Of a stretch of DNA of 64,000 bases, positions 56,084 through 64,000 are shown one piece after another. Each line of letters begins with the position of its first letter. The first letter of the stretch is position 1. The notes below the pieces were generated by a model. It did not search any database. It had not been told where the DNA came from and was given only the letters and a program-made list of their open reading frames with translations. The stretch covers positions 68,200,001-68,264,000 of the forward strand of contig NC_043004.1 of NCBI RefSeq assembly GCF_006345805.1. Direction: 5' to 3'. Made by a program: the position numbers and the translations under genes. Origin of the DNA: Octopus sinensis. Taxonomy: Eukaryota.

Positions 56084-56628
56084 CGGCTAGATTGATAAAG
56101 ATAGACGAACTAAGAAGTATGGCGAAAGAAATCGTATGAATGAGATTTTATGCTGCAGAAAATAGAAGTACTTAAAATAAAGTTGCATTGCCAGACTTTT
56201 GTTTATTTCTGGAAATAAGGAATGTATATTTGAGCAGATTTAGAGCTGACAAGGGAAACAGTTTCCAATATTTAAGGTGCTTAAAGAAAGGGTTTATGTT
56301 GTTTATAACAAGGACAAAATGCCAAATTTAGCGCCAGCAATTCTGTGCCAGAATTTTAAACTACTCCCAATGCTGCAGGAATTCTTAATCAAAGATTTGC
56401 TATTGGGAGTGGGCGACTGAATAGATTTCCAAACAACAGAGATAGATTTTATAAAGAATGTTTTGTTTTGTTTTTTGTTTTCTTTTTTAGCTCGTAGTTT
56501 GCGGTGCATGTTGTCTTGATGATTTAATAAATGAAAGCGGAAGTATATATAGATTCATGCGCAGGAAACAACGCTTGAATTTGTCTTTATAGATAGACGA
56601 CATAACACACACACACGCACACACACAT

Positions 56629-56672
<44 letters not shown>

Positions 56673-56697
56673 GAGTATTATGGCGTCTATCTATAAA

Positions 56698-56880
56698 CAA
56701 TGCGCCATGATAGATCGCTAGCCACTACACATTCTTTATTTTCTCTCCTTGCTTGTTTTTGTGTTCCTTTCTGTGGACGAGCGTGGGCTCGAAACGTTAA
56801 AGACTTTTCACTTCCCGAGTGTTATATTAATACACCAATTTGTGTCTACACCACCTGTCTCCGTCTTTTGAATTCTCCCC
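56698..56880 (+). mobile_element. Family E short element with hammerhead-like motif
   Basis: cttt-CTGTGGA-C-GAGC(GTGG)GCTC-GAAA-CG-TT-aaag at 56767-56802; ends ttctcccc then (AT)n. Confidence 0.75.
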
Positions 56881-56887
56881 ATATATA

Positions 56888-56924
<37 letters not shown>

Positions 56925-58339
56925 TGAATATTTCGAATGATTGCCCTACACTACATTATGTGTGGTGTCTCTGTCAGTGTGTGTATGTGTTTATGTTCCT
57001 ATGTTTATGGTTTGTGTGTGTGTGCATGTGTTGTGCGTGCTGTTGTGTATATATAGTATATATATATATTATATAGTATATATATATATATATATCTAAT
57101 GTAGGATCAAATTTTTTCGAAAATAATACTTTTCCCAAAAAAGTTTTATCAATGGCCAGCATATTAACAAAGTTTATAATTTTAACCTTTATATATAGAT
57201 ATATATATATATATATATATATATACACGCGCGCACACATACACACAAATATAGGGTTTTCTGTTGGAAACTGGAGATGTAGGACGCAATAGATGAGTAT
57301 ATATACGTTTCACCATTTTTAATCGGCAAGAAGTTATACAGTAATTCAAGAGCAGAGGGGTTCGTGCCTGTCGGGGCTTTCTTTCTTCTTCTTGTCCAGA
57401 ACTAATCCAATTAGACGAAGCATGTCCTACTCAAGCTTTTTCCGATACTCGTCGCTGAATCGGTTTTACTAAATAAATTTAGTATCCATTGCTGTTACTA
57501 AACATTACGACTGGTTGGGATTCCATTCTTAAAGATAACACCAATTTCCATCAAGCGGATTTTCTTCTCAATCTTTAGATCCGTGACTGAAGCTATTTTT
57601 GGAAATTCAGAATATACAATACAACGGTATGGAACTGTGAGCCCTATGTTTAGTACGTTTATTAAGCATAATAATATGTTTAGTATACCTGCAAAAGTTA
57701 GTTGATTTCTAAACTATAATCGTGTCCCGATCTTGGCATATATGAGGCGAGACCTTCCGGCATTTCCAAAAGCAGAAGTAGTCTTCCTTACAAAATCTGG
57801 TTCACGGTATTATTGTGTTCCGTAGTTTTCGAACGATCCCAGATCACTTGAATTGTAAAATACAACTGAACGCGTTCTGTTTGATGTTAATACCCGGATT
57901 TTGTCGCGAATATATTTATGATCATTGGTTGTTAAATAAGGATACAGGTTTCATGTACTTATTCTAGAACATAGTCAAACTACTTATAATTTATTCAAAA
58001 CTTTTTTGGACTGGTTCGCCGTATAAAACCCGTCAGATTTTTCCTTCAATAAAAGAGACTATAAATAGTTAGAAGAATAGTATTTTGAATAATGTCTCGG
58101 AATGGGAATTCAGGTCATTGCAGGCATTGAACTGATAGGGTCATCTTTCCTTTTGAGAAATAGAGTAGGAAAATATTCATTAGATATATAAATAGTTTGT
58201 TCTTTTCTTTTTTGTTTTTGTCTTCGTTTTTTTTGGGGGGGTTTGGTTTTTGTTTTTAGCTTTTTAAATATTCCTCTGAAACACTGTTGACGCTTGCAAA
58301 ACTCAATACATTGAAGGAGTATGAATACGAATTATTCCA

Positions 58340-59072
58340 TTTGTACGTGTGTATGTATGTATGTATGCATGTATGTATGTATGTATGTATGCATGTATGT
58401 ATGCATGTATGTATGTATGTATGTGTGTATGTATGTATGCATGCATGTATGTATGTATGCATGTATGTATGTATGTATGTATGCATGCATGTATGTATGT
58501 ATGCATGTATGTATGTATGTATGTATGTATGTTTGTATGTATGTATGTATGCATGCATGTATATATGTATGTATGTATGTATGTATGCATGTATGTATGT
58601 ATGTATGTATGTATGTATGCATGCATGTATGTATGCATGCATGTATGTATGTATGTATGCATGTATGTATGTATGTATGCATGTATGTATGTATGTATGT
58701 ATGCATGTATGTATGTATGTATGCATGTATGCATGTATGTATGCATGCATGTATGTATGCATGCATGTATGTATGTATGTATGTATGCATGCATGTATGT
58801 ATACATGCATGTATGTATGTATGTATGTATGTATGTATTATGTATGTATGCATGTATGTATGTATGTATGTATGTATGTATGTATGTATGTGTGTATGTA
58901 TGTATGTATGTGTGTATGTATGTGTGTATGTATGTATGTATGCATGTATGTATGCATGTATGTATGTATGTATGTATGTATGTATGCATGTATGTGTGTA
59001 TATATGTATGTATGTATGTATGTATTATGTATGTATGTATGTATGTATGTATGCATGTATGTATGCAAGTAT

Positions 59073-59100
<28 letters not shown>
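58340..59100. repeat. ~760-bp (TATG)n/(CATG) tetranucleotide satellite
   Basis: Direct inspection; explains the CMYV/HTYI ORFs. Confidence 0.95.
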
Positions 59101-59105
<5 letters not shown>

Positions 59106-59226
59106 AATTCCCGCTGCTGATGCGTCTTATTATGTAAGTATGCGTTTTGCATAAATATGAAAATGAGTACTCTTAAAATTAAATATTCGTATATATGTGT
59201 GTGCCTGTTGTTTGTGTGTATACGTA

Positions 59227-59269
<43 letters not shown>

Positions 59270-59290
59270 TATAATATTATATATAATATA

Positions 59291-59330
<40 letters not shown>

Positions 59331-60224
59331 CTATCTATATAAATGGCTGTGTGTATCTGTGTGTGCTGTATGTGTTTGTATTCGTAGCTGTCTATAGCAG
59401 TATTAGAAACACAAATACATATATCTACCCATAAACACAAACAATATGCATTCATTCGCATATACAAACACCACTATATACACACAAACAGTGAAACGTT
59501 GTAAATGCACAAATGTATACATTGCTTGAAACGAACACACACTTGAGTGTGCATACATGCATAGAATATCTATGTATCTGCGTGTTTGTATTTTAGTGTA
59601 TGTGAATATGTAATCCTGTGTGTGCTTGTATTCGTCGTACTCATTCCGATTAGGTAATACATATATTCATATAATTTAATTCCTCTTTTATGCATATGTA
59701 TTAGCTTCATACATATTTATAGATTCATAGTCTAAAATATCCTCTGTAAAATGCAATATTTTAATAAAACTCCATTTTGTTTCTAAAGTACCCCATGTCT
59801 TTAGAATGAAATGCATACATACTACGTTAAAATAATTTCTTCATTTCTTCTATGCGAAATAATGTCTTTTCTTTCTAAGTAAGCTAGCCAACTTACTGAT
59901 ATTTCTTGACTGTGTTTTTCCCTTATTTGCTTGACTTCTGTTTCCTGAAATTACTTGATATTCATTGTGCTTACTCTGGGTTCTATTTAAAGAGACTATT
60001 TAAAAGTTCTGCTAACGTTGATGGTTAGACTCAGATCTCTCATACCTGGATGAAAGTAAATCATCCTTGATAATTTCATTACTGAATTTGCTACAAATAG
60101 CAACTAAATCCTCTTCAAATCACATCCGTATCTTCTTTTTAAAAATAAAACAGTAAACCTGTTGAGTAATGTAATTTTTAGTGAACTATCTATCGGAGCA
60201 AAGATAATTCTTTCGGATTTTGAC

Positions 60225-60418
60225 ACGAGACCAGCAGCTTTCGGATAAGAGAGGAAATTGATTACAACAGACTCCAGTGCTCAAATGGTAATTTTTTTTT
60301 CACGACACGAAAAGAAGGAACAGTAGAGTTAACATCAGCGGAATTTAATCGCCGAACGCAAAGAAGGACTATGCATTTCGCACGACGCGCTAATCATCCT
60401 TCCAGCTCACCGCCTTAC
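60225..60418 (-). mobile_element. Degenerate family A SINE
   Basis: ccagctcaccgcctt head end and agttaacatcagcggaattt body. Confidence 0.6.
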
Positions 60419-60944
60419 CGAATTATGATAATGAAAACGAAGGCGGCCAGGCCAAGGACGGATTTAGGTCTAGAGCATCAAATTTGATCTAAGGTTGAAC
60501 AACAACACATTGTTAAATATTTTGGCAATCTGGAATCTCAACGCGATTTACAAAGAAATTGTCACCATGAGTTAATCGATAGTCATAAGGAAACGCTCAT
60601 TTAGCTTGCTTTCCAACTTATTGTCATCCCATTATCATTATCAAAATTTTATTATCTTTGCCATGGCCACCTAATTCAGTATCAAGTGTTTGGTAGTATT
60701 TTTTCGTTCAATATTTTATTAGGTGAAACCCCTTGTATATTTTTTCACTCCTTGTTTTGTTACTTATCGTATCTTTTATCATTTATTTGTTTCAGCCATT
60801 GAATTTCGGCCAAGTCGGCACCCCACATTAACTACTTTAGTCAAATAAATCGCTACCAGTACTTATTTTTTCACGTCTGGTACATATTCTATTGCTCAAA
60901 CACATATACACACATGCACACACACACATATATATATATATTGT

Positions 60945-61475
60945 ATTGTTAGCATCCGTTTGTCTCGAGAGACAATGGAGTTGCGCATAAAATAATCTAG
61001 TCCGGCTTTTAAATTTCATGTCCTAATACATCTCCTGCTGCGGCTGGGTAGTCCTATCCTGGACAAACACTCCCTCTGGTATGTGCCGCAAATGTGGTGG
61101 GTAGCGATTTTCTTCACTACTTCAGGGAGTGACGACCCTGCCTGACACAAGTCCGGGTTCAGCTGGCTCCGGCTGAGAGTACCCGGTATGGGCCCCAATC
61201 CAAGGTTACGGAAAGGAGACAACCTTCAAAGAAATTAGGAGTGGAGCCCCTAAGGGGGTTTAGTCCTCGACTCGACACTCTTCCGGCAGCTCCTGCAACC
61301 AAGATGGTGCCAAACGTAATGCTCTGCACTCCTTTGGACTACGTCAGCAAGGTCGATAGAGGAAACCTGACGATTGGGCTACCCATGACTTTCTTATTTC
61401 TAACCCAGACCTGGGCAAAACTGGAGAGGACATTTCAGTGCAGCTGTAAAAAGTGGCAGAAAAAATACAGGAGGT
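60945..61475 (+). mobile_element. Probable 5' end (UTR) of an RTE-type LINE, truncated at (TA)n
   Basis: GC-rich segment with gagtggagcccctaagg...ccggcagctcctgcaaccaagatggtgccaaacgta...tcctttggact...gaggtcga-type motifs, which I recall from RTE 5' regions; no RT present. Confidence 0.45.
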
Positions 61476-61492
61476 AGCAGTGTATATACATA

Positions 61493-61542
<50 letters not shown>

Positions 61543-61548
<6 letters not shown>

Positions 61549-61885
61549 CCATGACTGGATGGTCATTTCTTTGGCCAAATAAACACTCACTATATATTTG
61601 TTCTTCAGTCGTCTATTATTGTTCTTATTCTAACTCATGCCCATTGTTCGGAAATCCTTCTTCATACACGAAGACGAAATGTGTCGCTGAAGAGGGCAGA
61701 AATATGTGACGAAAGTTTACCGGACAATGGGCATCAGTTAGAATAAGAAGAGTAATAAAAAATTGAAGAAGCAAATATATAGGGCATGTGTTTATTTGGT
61801 AAAAAAAATAACCGTCCCGAAATACAAAAATATCTGTTTCAACACTCGATTTCACATCACCGGTCTTACAACACAAATCCGTGTA
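61543..61885. mobile_element. Fold-back element (~125-bp imperfect arms 61543-61667 / 61701-61832, plus a unique tail) between (TA)n tracts
   Basis: ccaaataaacac..tatatatttg.ttcttca...ttcttattctaact.atgcccattgt.cgg mirrored on the right. Confidence 0.8.
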
Positions 61886-61950
61886 TACATATATATATAT
61901 ATATATATATATAAATACATTTATATAAATATACATATATATTATATATA

Positions 61951-61994
<44 letters not shown>

Positions 61995-62006
61995 ATTATA
62001 TATATA

Positions 62007-62199
62007 TGATAGATCGTTAGCCACTACACACATTTTTTTCTCTCCATGTTTCTCTCCTTTTTTTTTCTGTGTCGCTTCTGTAGAAGAGCGTAGGCTCGAA
62101 ACGTAAAATACTTTTTCTATTCCTGAGCGTTGCACTAATACATCTGTTTGTTTTGTACACCACCTGTCTTCGTCTTTTGTTGTTTTTTTCGCAAATTCT

Positions 62200-62203
<4 letters not shown>
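62007..62203 (+). mobile_element. Family E short element with hammerhead-like motif
   Basis: CTGTAGA-A-GAGC(GTAG)GCTC-GAAA-CG-TA at 62078-62105; flanked by (TA)n on both sides. Confidence 0.75.
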
Positions 62204-62246
<43 letters not shown>

Positions 62247-62690
62247 TATATATATATATATATGTATACATACGATCGGCATCCATGCTCATATGTCATG
62301 GTTAGCCTGAGGCGATGGCAGAAAAGACGTGTTCAAGACAGCGCGAATTGGGACAGAACCCGAAACCATATGATTGCAAATCGAGATCCTTAACTACAGA
62401 GACATGCGAGCGCATGTTTTTGATTCTCTTCCTGTCCCTACATTATTCTTTAGTCATCTCTCTCTCGTATTTACTAATTTCACTTGCTCTGAATTTTCTA
62501 TTTCATGATATATGTACGAGATACCAGTGTATCGTTTGTAAGAGAATTTGACTATGATTTCTCGTAAGCGGAACAATCACAGCTGCAATTTTTGTTGGCT
62601 CAATTTAGCATATATGTTATAGCCATTTGCCTATATCTTGTCCTGTTCGCAACTCACCAATTATTACAGGCATGAATTTTATTGTTTGCG

Positions 62691-63045
62691 GAGGCGCAAT
62701 GACCCAGTGGTTAGGGCAGCGGACTCGCGGTCGTAGGATCGCGGTTTCGATTCCCAGACCGGGCATTGTGAGCTCCACGAGGCTCCGGCAGGGATGGTGG
62801 TGATCCCTGCTGTACTCTTTCACCACAACTTTCTCTCACTCTTACTTCCTGTTTCTGCTGTACCTGTATTTCAAAGGGCCGGCCTTGTCACTCTCTGTGT
62901 CACGCTGAATATCCCCGAGAACTACGTTAAGTGTACACGTGTCTGTGGAGTGCTCAGCCACTTACACATTAATTTCACGAGCAGGCTGTTCCGTTGATCG
63001 GATCAACCGGAACCCTCGTCGTCGTAACCGACGGAGTGCTTCCAT
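62691..63045 (+). mobile_element. SINE family C with tail type 2, followed by (ATT)n
   Basis: Head ggcgcaatgacccagtggttagggcagcggactcgcggtcgtaggatcgcggtttcgattccc; tail ends cgtaaccgacggagtgcttcc. Confidence 0.9.
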
Positions 63046-63096
63046 TATTGTTTGCATGCTTTATCATTATTATTATTATTATTACCATCATCATCA

Positions 63097-63159
<63 letters not shown>

Positions 63160-63234
63160 AGAATTATTTCGTTTATTCATTCTTTCGTTCATTTGTTCGT
63201 CATCTTCCTCTCACCCTCGCATCAATCATTGCGC

Positions 63235-63965
63235 GCGCATGTGTGTGCGGTGCCCAGTAGGGAAATTTTCTCTATGTTATATTGTTAGTCCTGGTGTTTT
63301 TGTTATGTATTTGTCTGAATATTTTTTTATAATACCTAATGCACCAACTATGATAGGAATTGTTTCTGTCTTCAGACTCCATATTCGAGTTACCTCTATT
63401 TCCAGGTTTTTATATTTTGAAAGTTTCTCCATTTCTTTTAGAGAAACGCTGCCATCTGTCGGTATTGACACATCACTTAGAAAGCATTTTTCTTCATGAT
63501 CTTTGACAACTATATCTGGCCTAAATTCCTTAACTTCCCTATCTGTGTGCATCGATATATCCCATAGTATTTTTGCTTTCTCATTTTCTGTGACATTTTT
63601 TGGCGTGTGCCTATACCTTCTTTTTCTGTTGTTATTCCATAGTGTTGGCCTAGCTTCCAGTTATGTAGGTCTCAACTCTGTCGTGTCTGTTAATATTTTC
63701 CTTCTTAGCCAGGACTGGGCAGCCAGAGATAATATGATTTTTTTTTTTTGTTCATTTTCACATACTCTGTATTTACTTGTTATGTTTCTTTTCCTTATAT
63801 GATTTTGGTCATTTCTGGTGGTGTGGATTTGGTCTTGTGCTGCAATTAAAAATCCTCCAGTTTCTACCTTGAGTCCTGAGCTTCTCAGCCATTGTTAGGA
63901 TTTTGTTTTGTCAATTTATTTTACATTTAGTATTTGCCATGAATGGGGTTTTCTTGTCATTGTTT
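63235..63965 (-). mobile_element. 3' fragment of an RLE-type (R4/Dong-like) LINE: decayed CCHC knuckle and restriction-like endonuclease
   Basis: QWLRSSGLKVETGGFLIAAQDQ; RVCENEQKKNHIISGCPVLAKKE..RHDRV; ILWD..HTDREVKEFRPDIVVKDHEEKCFLSDVSIPTD..KEMEKLSKYKNLE..PIIVGALG; ISLLGTAH; (TAA)n lies ~75 bp downstream. Confidence 0.9.
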
Positions 63966-64000
63966 TATTATTTTTAATATTATTATTTATTATTATCATT

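Noticed and set aside
57250-58200. Possible ancient LINE RT fragment on the minus strand (YRCIVYS, IQRRVS)
   Set aside because: Motif spacing is inconsistent and similarity too weak without a search.
62692-62765. tRNA-like sequence (also 32860-32935 and a decayed one at ~47970-48030)
   Set aside because: Continues into a SINE body, has an imperfect cloverleaf and is multi-copy: SINE heads, not tRNA genes.

Overview
AT-rich, microsatellite-saturated eukaryotic DNA. The SINE families and retroelement relics match octopus (cephalopod) repeats as I recall them; this assignment is from memory, not a search. No intact host protein-coding gene is recognisable. Nearly all ORFs in the supplied track are translations of (TA)n, (CA)n, (ATT)n, (TATG)n or (GATA)n repeats. 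The window contains: three tRNA-type SINE families (A, B, C; dozens of copies); a ~560-bp microsatellite-embedded element (D) present as two dimers; three decayed restriction-like-endonuclease (R4/Dong-type) LINE fragments; a gag-like ORF1 relic; a probable RTE 5' end; a mariner transposase fossil and a mariner MITE; a non-autonomous Helitron-like element; and a 624-bp tandem duplication. The most interesting signal is a set of short non-coding elements anchored in (TA)n that carry type I hammerhead ribozyme folds. One has a fully canonical core (50998-51125, minus strand). One lies in an arm of a fold-back palindrome (28958-29110). A three-copy ~190-bp family shares an A6U core variant. Together they look like several families of non-autonomous Penelope-like/retrozyme-type elements. 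The folds were assigned by eye and no activity is shown.
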